Shown one piece after another: positions 1 to 10,015 of a DNA stretch of 64,000 nt. Every line of letters begins with the position of its first letter. The stretch's first letter is position 1. This DNA comes from Promethearchaeota archaeon (GTDB lineage: Archaea > Asgardarchaeota > Lokiarchaeia > Sigyniarchaeales > SOKP01), in the NCBI GenBank assembly GCA_011364925.1, contig RDOA01000017.1, positions 1 through 64,000 on the forward strand. The letters run 5' to 3'. Under the pieces are notes generated by a model that saw only the letters and a program-made list of their open reading frames with translations, did not search any database and was not told the origin of the DNA. A program made the translations under genes and the position numbers.

Positions 1-1
1 A

Positions 2-433
2 CTTGGGAATGAAAAAGTTAAGGAACGATTTCTTACGGGAGGAATCGAAAAAATATCTATTTCTAAAGTTAAGAATGGTCAAATTCGAGAACCTGATAAT
101 GATTTTGATATATCGTTAATACAAGGTTTCAGCCAAAACTTCGATTTTTACAATATGAATTTCGAGATATTCTTGGAAGAATTAGTTAGAATTACAAAAC
201 CAAATGGTATAATCTGTATTTTTGCTCGAAAGGAATTGACACTTCCAGATTCTCCTTCTATATCTAATAATTTTGTAAGAAATATCTTTTCTTTGTATAA
301 TAAATCAATAAGAATCGAAGGAAACAACATTACTAAGGTCCATTTAAATGATGTTTTATTAAAAGCTGACTTAAAAAATATTCAAATTATTGAAGATGAA
401 GGTATAATAATTGGAATAGGTAATGTAGAATAG
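2..433 (+). CDS. Partial CDS (5' end outside window), class I SAM-methyltransferase-like C-terminal region
   Basis: The frame of ORF 155..433 is open back to base 2. EPDNDFD..I and FLEELVRITKPNGIICIF resemble post-motif segments of class I methyltransferases. Confidence 0.5.
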   Translation, partial: LGNEKVKERFLTGGIEKISISKVKNGQIREPDNDFDISLIQGFSQNFDFYNMNFEIFLEELVRITKPNGIICIFARKELTLPDSPSISNNFVRNIFSLYNKSIRIEGNNITKVHLNDVLLKADLKNIQIIEDEGIIIGIGNVE

Positions 434-438
434 CTTTC

Positions 439-1152
439 TTAATCTTCTAAAGTTTTAGCAAGGCCGTAATAAATAAAGCTGAGACCAAGAAAGACAATGA
501 TGAATATGATTATAGTATAAAAGAAAAACGATAGATGGAAAAAAATGAGTATACTAGTGAACATTGGATAGCTGAAGAATAATCCTACTCCCCCTATATA
601 AAACAAAAATCGTTTCTTTAATTCCTTATTTGTAAAACTACTTAAATTCTTAGAAGAGAGATATAAAGTTGCAATTAGCATTATCAGCAGCGTTATAAAG
701 AAGAATAAGAAAAATTCAAGATTCATAGTTGTGACTACTATACTGTTTGTTACTACTTCAATTGTCATTCCCTCAGGAATAAATAACATAATCGATGTGA
801 TTCCAAAATATATGATAAGATAGATAAGAATATTCTTCAATTTAGACATTATATCGTACTTAAATAGGATTAAAGAGTATAAAAATAATAAACCAGCACC
901 CCCAATAGCTCCTATAAAAAAAGCACTAACCGAAATTACAGTAGCAAGTAAAGATAATGCGGGATTTCTAAATAAAATGTAGAATGTTAGGACACTACTT
1001 GAAGACATGGTTAAACAGAACGAAGCAAACACTTGGTTTAACTTACTTCTCACATTTCTCCTCAAAGCCTTATATGTAATATAAATTATAATCCCAGAAT
1101 AGATAAGAAAAATTAAGTAGACTATAATGCTTAAAATGTAATCGAACGACAT
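439..1152 (-). CDS. Multi-pass (~7TM) membrane protein, HisKA_7TM-like stand-alone sensor family
   Basis: About 7 hydrophobic segments; RNVRSKLNQVF after TM1; ELKKRFLFYIGG motif resembles LLRKKFLLLSIG in 44863..45906. Confidence 0.55.
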   Translation of the reverse strand: MSFDYILSIIVYLIFLIYSGIIIYITYKALRRNVRSKLNQVFASFCLTMSSSSVLTFYILFRNPALSLLATVISVSAFFIGAIGGAGLLFLYSLILFKYDIMSKLKNILIYLIIYFGITSIMLFIPEGMTIEVVTNSIVVTTMNLEFFLFFFITLLIMLIATLYLSSKNLSSFTNKELKKRFLFYIGGVGLFFSYPMFTSILIFFHLSFFFYTIIIFIIVFLGLSFIYYGLAKTLED

Positions 1153-1359
1153 TAACGTAAATATTCTCCAAACTACAGCTTAATAGTGCATATTTTAGAT
1201 ATATATTTTATAAATTTTTTCACTTTACTCATTAAATAAATACTCAAATACATGTTTTTTTCAAAAATAGAAAAAATATGCTCTTAGTGTGAAGAAGAAT
1301 TTTTAAAATTTTAATAAAAAAATCATTTGAGAAAATATCTGAAAAAAAAAGAGTTAAAA

Positions 1360-1878
1360 TTAATCTCTTTTAAAAAATCCACTGATAAATCCTATAATTC
1401 CTCCAACTAACATAACGTAAGTCCCGAGGGCAACAGTTGCCATACTCAAAGTTCCCGACGGACCAATTTCTAAAGTGTAGGGTATTATTCCGGGAATTAT
1501 CCCTCCCGTATCTAAAAACACACCGACATAATTAATTATATCTGCAGGCATATCTAGACTTCCAAAGAGAATTGCCATAGTCATCGCGATTGGCATCAAT
1601 GACCCGATTATTGCTAATGCCCGACTTTTTACTCCAATAAGTATTAGAACTCCTGACGCTAAAAATAAGATATAACACGCTCCAACAATATAAATCACAA
1701 AAGTCGGAACGCCCCACAAAGCTGCTACAATCGCTGCGTTTGTAAAGTAGTCAGAAAGATTTTTAATTAATCCAATTCCGGAAGCATCAGCTAGTCCGAC
1801 TGTGAACCAAGTTAAGAAGAATGTGCCCACAAGAACAATTATGCCAGAGATTAAACTTAAAATAGATCCTTTTTCCAT
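1360..1878 (-). CDS. Hypothetical 4TM membrane protein
   Basis: 172-aa ORF with four hydrophobic Gly-rich segments. Confidence 0.7.
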   Translation of the reverse strand: MEKGSILSLISGIIVLVGTFFLTWFTVGLADASGIGLIKNLSDYFTNAAIVAALWGVPTFVIYIVGACYILFLASGVLILIGVKSRALAIIGSLMPIAMTMAILFGSLDMPADIINYVGVFLDTGGIIPGIIPYTLEIGPSGTLSMATVALGTYVMLVGGIIGFISGFFKRD

Positions 1879-1978
1879 TTCACTAACCTTTTTTTTAATT
1901 TTATAATTAGATTTATTGAAATTAATAATCTTATAAGATTTTGTTTTTAATATAGCTTTCGTAATAGAATCTAAGTCA

Positions 1979-4147
1979 CTATGTATTAATATACTCTACC
2001 CATATAGGTCCAGCCCACGTCATCCTCCCATTATCTCCAACAACTCTTACTACATAAAAGTCAAAACCACCAGTATTTAACGTACTTGGGTCAATAGGAT
2101 TATCACTATAGCTATTGATATAATACTTTCCATCAACTTCGAGGCAATAAGGTTCAAAAGTTGCTCCAACTATGGGTTCAGCATCAAATACAGAAACATT
2201 GACTATTGGAGTGGATATATCTATTGATTGCCAGAGAAGTCCATTTTTCAAAATCTCGATTCTTCCTTCCCAATCGGGCGTCCAATGATTATTAACGGAA
2301 GCTGCTATTGATCTTTGACCCGCAGGCGAACCATCTTGAGCTAAAAAGATATTTATCTTTCTGTTTGAAAACTGATTACTTACAAGCAAAGTAGAACCTT
2401 GACCGACTTTCGTCCCATTAATATTAAAAAAAAGAATTGGTCTTCCATGGTCTGAGTTCGCGTAAATCTCTTGATCTTCTAAACCGCTAAATACGCCTTC
2501 TCTGGTTAAGTTATCAACAAAAGCAGCTGTTAATCCTCCTGGGTAGGGATGCTCGTTTCTTGTTAGCCAGATACTATAGGGACGTTGATGACCGATATAA
2601 GCTCTAGTGTGACTTAAACTGTGTCCTGAGTGTCCGTCGTGGTTATCTCCCGAACTATAAAGCGTCATCCTATATCCCATTTTAAATGCGTCCATGATTG
2701 AAGATCCATAAGTGTATTCTGGAGGAGGATCAATTGCTCCGCGATAATTTAACGGATCTCTCTGTTCGAATAAGAAATCTCCATGAACGGAGGATACTTC
2801 CGCAATTTTAACGTATTTGGGATTAATATAGGTCCAATCTTGGATATACGCTTTTTTCGTGGTATGGTGCGGTAACGCTAATGCTCTCGAACCAGTTTGC
2901 CCAGTAAATTCGTCCAAAGCGCTCCATAAGCCTTGAGTAGTAGGAATAGTGATATAGGATAGAATAGGATTCTTCAAAAGCTGATTTCCACTGAAGATAC
3001 AAGTGTAGTGTCCAGTCTGAACCTGTGTCCATTCGATTCCATGAAAAGTAACGAACTCATTTGGCTCATAGGCGAGATTGGTACCTCTCTCTAATCGATC
3101 TAACGACCCAGGATTCCACATCAAAATTTCTCCATGATCAGTTATAGCAGTAAATTCAAGCCCAGCGATGTAGCGAGCGTAATAAAGAGAGTGCTCAGGA
3201 GTTCCTGAACCATCAGAGAGTTCCGTGTGAGCGTGAAAATCTCCCCATACAATTAATTGCTCATTGATCGAGTAATTTTTCACTAGTATGGGATTGCTGT
3301 AATAAGTATTTAAAGTTATAGAGTCGTAAACTAATACATAATGGATTCCTGTGGTGTTAACGCTCATCTGAAAGTTATGAATGCCGTTATCTTTTCCATC
3401 CTTTATTTCATATGCGATATCCGATCCAAAAATCTGTCCGCTAAACGTGTAAGAATTAGGCAAATTCGCGATTGGATTGGTGATTTCACTCCCTGAACTA
3501 ATATTGAGAGAATAAAGTGAAAAATCAACAGTACCCTTATAAGTTGCACTTAAGCGTTCAAATTGGTCCCAGGCTTCAATTTTAAGTTCGAAGGGTTCGC
3601 CTATATTTGCCTTTGAAGGAGCATGAACCCAAAGTAAGCGAGGAGTGTTATCAAACATTACTCCGAGATCAATACTTATACTTGACCATAATAGTATTGG
3701 TGTTATAATTACTCCCAATTTTATCGCTAATCGAGCTTTGTTGGGAATTTTGTAAATTCGGGTTAATATCCGAGAATTAACTGTTTTTACGAAGTTTGTT
3801 TTCTTCTTTATGATACTCACGATTACTAATAGAACATCAAAAGTGAGAAAAATTCCAAGTCCTGAATAGATTGCTAAATTGAGGGGAGAAAGCGCTTTAT
3901 AATAAAAGACCAGCTGAGTTATGAACGCAATCGAGTACGAAAGAAGAACTCCATTTCTTTTCCAGGCAATGTCTTTAAAACCAATAAAATAGAAAACTCC
4001 TATTAACACTCCAATAAAGGACCAAAAATAAAAGAAAAAAGTTATAATTCCAAAGATGTATAACAACATCCTAGGGAGACGCCACCAAGGCGACGGCTCC
4101 GGTTTTCGAAAAAACTCAAAGATTCGATTATTTGATAACTTTTTCAT
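1979..4147 (-). CDS. Membrane-anchored PHP-like metallohydrolase (DUF3604 / CehA-McbA-like)
   Basis: N-terminal TM segments; WGDFHAHTELSDG, AITDH, GIEWT, LPHH and SGDNHDGH metal-binding motifs. Confidence 0.75.
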   Translation of the reverse strand: MKKLSNNRIFEFFRKPEPSPWWRLPRMLLYIFGIITFFFYFWSFIGVLIGVFYFIGFKDIAWKRNGVLLSYSIAFITQLVFYYKALSPLNLAIYSGLGIFLTFDVLLVIVSIIKKKTNFVKTVNSRILTRIYKIPNKARLAIKLGVIITPILLWSSISIDLGVMFDNTPRLLWVHAPSKANIGEPFELKIEAWDQFERLSATYKGTVDFSLYSLNISSGSEITNPIANLPNSYTFSGQIFGSDIAYEIKDGKDNGIHNFQMSVNTTGIHYVLVYDSITLNTYYSNPILVKNYSINEQLIVWGDFHAHTELSDGSGTPEHSLYYARYIAGLEFTAITDHGEILMWNPGSLDRLERGTNLAYEPNEFVTFHGIEWTQVQTGHYTCIFSGNQLLKNPILSYITIPTTQGLWSALDEFTGQTGSRALALPHHTTKKAYIQDWTYINPKYVKIAEVSSVHGDFLFEQRDPLNYRGAIDPPPEYTYGSSIMDAFKMGYRMTLYSSGDNHDGHSGHSLSHTRAYIGHQRPYSIWLTRNEHPYPGGLTAAFVDNLTREGVFSGLEDQEIYANSDHGRPILFFNINGTKVGQGSTLLVSNQFSNRKINIFLAQDGSPAGQRSIAASVNNHWTPDWEGRIEILKNGLLWQSIDISTPIVNVSVFDAEPIVGATFEPYCLEVDGKYYINSYSDNPIDPSTLNTGGFDFYVVRVVGDNGRMTWAGPIWVEYINT

Positions 4148-4167
4148 TTTATCTCCTTCTGTAGAAC

Positions 4168-5346
4168 TCAGCTTTTAACTTCGATGTCAATTTGATCTAA
4201 AATTTCCATCAAATCTAACACTTGGAAGTCGAAATTGTAATGTGTTGCTGAATCTGATAAGTTTGTTTTACAGAATGGACATGTTGATGTAATAATTGTA
4301 GCTCCTGTTTCTTTTGCTTCCTCAAGGCGCTCTTTAGAAACTTCTAAAGCCCATTCAGGATATCCAATCTTTACACCACCCCCTGCTCCACAGCACCACG
4401 CAAAATTTCGGTTTCTTTTCATCTCTACTAATTTTAAACCGGGTATTTGCTTGTAAATTTCTCTCGGTAGCTCGTAAACTCCCATGTGTCTTCCCAAATG
4501 ACACGGATCGTGGTAAGTAACTGTCTTGTTGAATTCAGATTTAAACTCAATCTTTTTATCGTCAAGCAGTTTTTTTACCAACTCGAGGGAATGGTAGATT
4601 TCTAAATCGGAATCGTGTCCAAATCTCTTAAAATCTTTCGTTAACGTTTTATAACATCCAGCACATGAAGTTATAACTTTTGTCGCTCCCGCTTTTTTAA
4701 TTTGTTCGAGGTTGTAACCCATGTAATCATCGATAATGCTTAATTGACCAGTTCTGATCATCGGACTTGTGCAACAATGCTCGTCAATTAACGTAAAATC
4801 TATCCCTACCTTTTTCAAAAACCTGAGCGTAGAATCTCTGAGAGATTTTTGCCGATAATTGGAAGTACAACCAATAAAGTAAACCCATTCTGCTTTCTCC
4901 GGTAAATTGTACTCTTTTTTCAATTCTGAGTTATCTGAATTTGGATCACCATAAGGATTGCAGCTGTCTTCGCATCGACTCACTAAAAACTTTTGTTTTT
5001 CAGCAGGACCAATATTCTTAACAGCTAATTCTCTGAGCGCTTCTATCATTTCTACGATATAATCGGCGTGAGGCGCTTGACATGCGTCCATACATGCACC
5101 GCATGTTGTACAGGCAAATATAGGATCGATTAAATCTTCCGTCCATTCTAAATCTCCGTTTAAAACGCCTCGGATTATTCTAATTCGGCCGGACGCCCAA
5201 TACGATTCGAAGAGGAATTTTTCTCCGCTCGGACAGGATTTCTCGAATTCTTTATAGCTATATTTACACGTACTGCATTTGATGCACCGTTCAAACGCCA
5301 TTTCTAAAACATCTTTTCCGATCAAGCTATCATCTATTTCAACCAT
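4168..5346 (-). CDS. Fe-S oxidoreductase, GlcF/HdrD-like (2x[4Fe-4S] plus CCG domains)
   Basis: CIKCSTC..CP, CTTCGACMDAC, FIGC, HCC, TSCAGC, YHDPCHLGR, CCGAGGG, TCPFC. Confidence 0.9.
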   Translation of the reverse strand: MVEIDDSLIGKDVLEMAFERCIKCSTCKYSYKEFEKSCPSGEKFLFESYWASGRIRIIRGVLNGDLEWTEDLIDPIFACTTCGACMDACQAPHADYIVEMIEALRELAVKNIGPAEKQKFLVSRCEDSCNPYGDPNSDNSELKKEYNLPEKAEWVYFIGCTSNYRQKSLRDSTLRFLKKVGIDFTLIDEHCCTSPMIRTGQLSIIDDYMGYNLEQIKKAGATKVITSCAGCYKTLTKDFKRFGHDSDLEIYHSLELVKKLLDDKKIEFKSEFNKTVTYHDPCHLGRHMGVYELPREIYKQIPGLKLVEMKRNRNFAWCCGAGGGVKIGYPEWALEVSKERLEEAKETGATIITSTCPFCKTNLSDSATHYNFDFQVLDLMEILDQIDIEVKS

Positions 5347-6822
5347 TTATGTGTTCCACCTTCCTGGATTAAATATATTATTTGGATCCAAACAATGTTT
5401 TACTTTTTCAAAAAGAGCGATCCATCCTGGATTGATTTTCTTTCTTAATTTTGCGGTTATCCACGATGGAGTTTTATAGGGAATGCACCCTAAATCTATA
5501 CACACATCAGCAATTTCTTCCACTAGTTTGACAATTTTCTCTTGATCCTTGAATTTTTTAAACCTAAAAATAGGTCGGAATATAGCGTAATGTCCTCCCT
5601 TCATGATTTTAAGGTAATTAAATGGGGGAACTCCGTGTTTACGATAGAGCTCGTCGGTTTTTACAATCAGCTCTTCAAACTTGTGAGACGGAGCGTAAGC
5701 GCCAAACCACGTTAAACCACTATACTCGTGTAAAGATAAAATTTGTGAAGGTAAATCGTAAATATTACGGGCTTTTAAGTTGAATAGCTTTGCAAATTCG
5801 TTGTAGTCAATTACGTGAATATTAGTTCCTTCACTATTCAATTTCTCAATTATAGTATGAAGAATCTCTAACTTAGCGTTCATTTGGTTTTCAGTCTTTG
5901 CAGACATTGGCATTACTGCTGTATAAGGAGGCTCTTCAGGATATCTCACAGGTTCTGGGATACCCACTTCCATTTTTGCAACCTCTACTGAAAATGCGGC
6001 AACATCGTTAACAATTTCTGCTTTTCCAACCTCTCTTAAGAAGGGACCAATATCCGTTAATCCAAAACAGACTACGAGCTGAGGTTTTTCAATTGGTTCT
6101 TTTGGCCATAGTTGCACCGCACACTTTGTAACTAAACCTGTCATTCCCTGAAAGTTAACAAACAAACCCAAAAGATCGGGCATAGGATATCGACACCACC
6201 AACTATCGTCTTCCGCTTTGTCTTTACCATAAAAACAAGAGCCAATTCGAGCCACAGTGCCATCAGCCGTGATAACCTCAAGGCCGTTAATACTATCTGC
6301 CATTGAACCTATTTTAGCCCCTAAATTCGTCATACCACTTAACAACGCATTTCCTACTACGCCTGCATAAGGAGGTGCGTTCGGGAAGCTATACCTTAAG
6401 TTTGGATAATTTTCTTTTAAATATTTTTTAAGCTGACCGAAAGTAACTCCCGGTTCTAAAAGAGCGTACATCATGTTATCGTCGACATGAAGGATTTTAT
6501 TCATTTTTTTACCAAAATCAACAACAACTCCGCCGTAATCCGGAATAGTTAATCCACCTACATTATTTCCCGTCGTATAGGGAACGATTGGAATAGAATA
6601 TTCATTGCAAAATTTAACCAGTTCAATTAATTGTTCCTTATTTTCGGGTATCACAACAAAATCAGGCATATGCGGTTTGTTTTCAGTCATGTCCTGCGAA
6701 TAGGGATACAAGTCAACTGCTTTATCAGTAACATGTTCATTACCAAAAATTTCAATCAGCTTAGAATTAGTTTCTTCTCTTGAAATCTTATCAAAAACAT
6801 TTCTTTGTTCTGTTTGAGTCAT
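5347..6822 (-). CDS. FAD-linked oxidoreductase (VAO/PCMH family; GlcD/Dld/AGPS-like)
   Basis: PDFVVIP, TTGNNVGG, EPGVT, GLEVITADG, GMTGLVTK and C-terminal LDPNNIFNPG. Confidence 0.9.
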   Translation of the reverse strand: MTQTEQRNVFDKISREETNSKLIEIFGNEHVTDKAVDLYPYSQDMTENKPHMPDFVVIPENKEQLIELVKFCNEYSIPIVPYTTGNNVGGLTIPDYGGVVVDFGKKMNKILHVDDNMMYALLEPGVTFGQLKKYLKENYPNLRYSFPNAPPYAGVVGNALLSGMTNLGAKIGSMADSINGLEVITADGTVARIGSCFYGKDKAEDDSWWCRYPMPDLLGLFVNFQGMTGLVTKCAVQLWPKEPIEKPQLVVCFGLTDIGPFLREVGKAEIVNDVAAFSVEVAKMEVGIPEPVRYPEEPPYTAVMPMSAKTENQMNAKLEILHTIIEKLNSEGTNIHVIDYNEFAKLFNLKARNIYDLPSQILSLHEYSGLTWFGAYAPSHKFEELIVKTDELYRKHGVPPFNYLKIMKGGHYAIFRPIFRFKKFKDQEKIVKLVEEIADVCIDLGCIPYKTPSWITAKLRKKINPGWIALFEKVKHCLDPNNIFNPGRWNT

Positions 6823-6832
6823 TAAGATTTTC

Positions 6833-7261
6833 TCACCTTGTCTTTTTATTTAGTTCGTAATAATTGACATTTGGCTCTTGGGCAACCATTTGCATTGAGA
6901 CTACAAATATGTTGTAAAACCGCATAATTTTTTCGCTATCTTCGCCAAGACCTTCAATTTCCATTTTCTTTTCTTCGATGGCGTAAAACGGATTTAACCT
7001 ATCGTTGGCGATATCAAGCATCGTATTAACATGGATTTTTACCTTCATATCGGGCTCTGGGAGCTCTCTCCTTTCAAATCTAATGTTCTCGCCTTCAAAT
7101 ACCACTGTCACTGGGTAGAATGGCTCAATGTGAAGCACAATTTTTTTGTTCCAATCTTTTGCGTGTTTAATAAACTTCTTATCGTTCGCTCTAGAGGAAA
7201 AAACATTATATAAGGACAAGGAGATTAAATCGTCTGGAAATTCAATATTCAACATAAACAC
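6833..7261 (-). CDS. SCP2 sterol/lipid-binding domain protein
   Basis: PDMKVKIHVNTMLDIANDRLNPFYAIEEKKMEIEG matches the SCP2 C-terminal pattern. Confidence 0.65.
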   Translation of the reverse strand: MFMLNIEFPDDLISLSLYNVFSSRANDKKFIKHAKDWNKKIVLHIEPFYPVTVVFEGENIRFERRELPEPDMKVKIHVNTMLDIANDRLNPFYAIEEKKMEIEGLGEDSEKIMRFYNIFVVSMQMVAQEPNVNYYELNKKTR

Positions 7262-7352
7262 TCATAAATTTTCAATTATTTTAATTAAATTATTTTTAAA
7301 TTCAAATTAGTAAATACATAAAAAAATTATTAAAGTTGAATCCATTTTGACT

Positions 7353-8384
7353 CTACTTTAACAGCGAAGCGTTTCTTTTTATTACATCTTCAGCTTTCGT
7401 TATTATTCGTTCAATGATGTCATTTACATCATCTATGCTGTCTATAATTCCAATTGACTGACCAAGTAATACCGCTCCTGTTGTAATATCTCCATTATAT
7501 ACTCTATCGTAAGCACCTAAGTCCCTTGCTCTTTGTTCAGATGTTATTGAATTTTCGTATTCGATCATTTCCTCTTTACTACTAGGAGCAGGATGAGCTA
7601 AAGCGTATTCGTTTTTATACAGACGAATTGGTCCAAAAGAACCTGTATAGAGCCCCGTATCTTGCGGTTGTCCTGGAGGAATCAACGCTTTGTACTTTTC
7701 GTGAAATTCACTCTGCTTAGAGGCGATAAATCTCGATCCCATTGCTATTGCTCCTGCACCCAACGAGAGTGCTGCCGCTAAAGACTCGCCAGTGGCAAAA
7801 CCTCCACAAGCAATCTTTGGTAGATCAGGGAAATACTTGTTGATTTGTTGGAGTAAAACAAGGGTGCTTACTCTCTCATACGATTGGTGTCCTCCCCCTT
7901 CAGTACCGGTTACTACTATTCCATCCACATTAGAATCTAAGCACTTTTTAGCTAACCATACTGCTGGAGCTACGTGGAAGTGCTTGACTTCCGAATTTTC
8001 GCGTAATTCTTGGAAATACTTGGATTCTGGAAGAAATCTTGAAGATCCTGCTGAAGTTAACCAATACTTACACTGATCGCGCATTTTTACATTATTCATT
8101 ACTATTTTCGGTAAGGATCTAACCATTTGTTTGACACCGGGATTATTTCGAGATGTAAGAATATTTAGACCAAATGGTTTATCTGTGTGCTCAATCATGT
8201 ATTCTATACTTGCTTTATGCTCTTCTACGGGATCTGTACCAACAATATTAACGTTTGACAACACCCCTAGCCCTCCAGCTTCACTTACAGCCAATGCTAA
8301 TTCACGGGTAAAGAAGGGACCCATTGGAGCGCTAAAAATAGGATGTTTAATCCCAAACATTTTAGTTATATTTGTTTCAATCAT
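7353..8384 (-). CDS. FMN-dependent nitronate monooxygenase / FabK-like enoyl reductase
   Basis: HPIFSAPMG, AVSEAGGLG, GTEGGGH, IACGGF, LGAGAIAMGSRF, GQSIGII. Confidence 0.88.
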   Translation of the reverse strand: MIETNITKMFGIKHPIFSAPMGPFFTRELALAVSEAGGLGVLSNVNIVGTDPVEEHKASIEYMIEHTDKPFGLNILTSRNNPGVKQMVRSLPKIVMNNVKMRDQCKYWLTSAGSSRFLPESKYFQELRENSEVKHFHVAPAVWLAKKCLDSNVDGIVVTGTEGGGHQSYERVSTLVLLQQINKYFPDLPKIACGGFATGESLAAALSLGAGAIAMGSRFIASKQSEFHEKYKALIPPGQPQDTGLYTGSFGPIRLYKNEYALAHPAPSSKEEMIEYENSITSEQRARDLGAYDRVYNGDITTGAVLLGQSIGIIDSIDDVNDIIERIITKAEDVIKRNASLLK

Positions 8385-8527
8385 TTAATATATCACCTTT
8401 ATTTTGATAAATTAGCAGAATTTTTAAAACTAATTCTTTAGAGGATATGTTTATAATCTGTTTGTTTTTTGATAACAACAAAAAGTATTTAATATTATCA
8501 AGGGAGTAACTCTTAACAAAATCAAAG

Positions 8528-10015
8528 TTGAAAAATATGATAAGCAGCGAAATCATCACCAAATTGGAAACAATTGTTGGAGAGAGATATGTTTCGGATG
8601 AACCAGAAATACAGTACTTATATCATTATGATTTTATTTCAGCAGAACCTGAAGGTAAGTGCGATATCGTTATTATGCCTGGTACAGCTGAAGAAGTCCA
8701 GAACATTGTGAAGATTGCAAATAATTTTAAAATACCGATTGTGCCTTGGGTTTCAGGTATTAATTTTGGGGGTATTGCTACTCCTAGAAAAGGTGGCATC
8801 GTTATTGATATGAGACGATTAAATAAAGTGTTAGAAGTGAACGAAGATGATATGTACGCTGTTGTAGAAGGAGGAATTACTTGGGCAGACCTTAAAGGCT
8901 ATTTAAATAAACACCATCCTGATTTTCAGGCGGGAATTACATGGTCACCTCCTGGAACGGGAGTGATTCCTTCACATTTATGCTATGGGATGTTTAATTT
9001 AGGAATGCTTGGTGGAACGGGAGCAGAGTTTATCAATGGACTTGAAGTAGTATTAGGTTCAGGAGAATTAGTAAAAATTGGCTCCTGTAGTCTTAGTAGT
9101 TATTGGTATGGAAGACAACCGTTACCTGACTTATCAGGACTATTTATTGGTTTCGAAGGTACGACAGGAATAATTACAAAAATGGCAATTAAATTATGGC
9201 CAAAATTACCCTTTCGTACAGATTACTTACCAATTGCCCAAACTGTTGAGGAAGGTGCCCCGATGATGCTTAAGTTAGCAAAAGCCGGGTTGGGGATAAT
9301 CGATCTTTTATTTATTAATCTCGGATGGGCCCAATCTTTAATGTGTCTTGACCAAGCTAACGTTGCTAATGATCCAGTTGAGTTAGGTCTACCAGATTTC
9401 TTAGGACTTATAACAACTCAAGCCTATACAGAAAAACAACATGAAGCGCAGTGTGAAGCCATAATTGATATTTGTAAAGAATTTAACCTCGATCCATTAA
9501 CATTAAAAGAACAAATGAAAAGTTTTCCTGAAAATATGCAGGGTATCATGGGCCATCTGACTCCGTCAACAGGTGGACAAGCACCAGTACAGTTCTGGGG
9601 GTGTTGGAATTTTTCACGAGGAGGAGGTGGAGAATGGGTAGGAAGTTATAATACAACTAGGAATGTCGTGAAATATTACCAACTATCAAGGGATGTTAGT
9701 CTAAAATACGGCAAACCTCCACAATATTATTGTCGATTTATGTTCGGAGGGCATTACTGTGTTACACGTACGAATATCAATTTCAACAAAAACAATCCCG
9801 AAGAAATCCTTAATGCACGTAAGTGTCTAAAAGAAATTCATGATGCTGTTCAACAGCTTGAAGGATCAATAATGTATAAACCTCCTTTATGGGCAGTAAA
9901 TTATTATAACGATAAAATGGACAGAAATATGTATCAGTTAATAAAAAGAGTAAAGGGTTTATTAGACCCTAATAATATAATGAACCCTGGTCAAGGGATT
10001 GAGGGTGAAAAATAG
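8528..10015 (+). CDS. FAD-linked oxidoreductase (VAO/PCMH family), paralog of 5347..6822
   Basis: SGINFGG, VEGGITW, GLEVVLGSG, PLPDLSGLFIGFEGTTGIITK, LDPNNIMNPG. Confidence 0.9.
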   Translation: MKNMISSEIITKLETIVGERYVSDEPEIQYLYHYDFISAEPEGKCDIVIMPGTAEEVQNIVKIANNFKIPIVPWVSGINFGGIATPRKGGIVIDMRRLNKVLEVNEDDMYAVVEGGITWADLKGYLNKHHPDFQAGITWSPPGTGVIPSHLCYGMFNLGMLGGTGAEFINGLEVVLGSGELVKIGSCSLSSYWYGRQPLPDLSGLFIGFEGTTGIITKMAIKLWPKLPFRTDYLPIAQTVEEGAPMMLKLAKAGLGIIDLLFINLGWAQSLMCLDQANVANDPVELGLPDFLGLITTQAYTEKQHEAQCEAIIDICKEFNLDPLTLKEQMKSFPENMQGIMGHLTPSTGGQAPVQFWGCWNFSRGGGGEWVGSYNTTRNVVKYYQLSRDVSLKYGKPPQYYCRFMFGGHYCVTRTNINFNKNNPEEILNARKCLKEIHDAVQQLEGSIMYKPPLWAVNYYNDKMDRNMYQLIKRVKGLLDPNNIMNPGQGIEGEK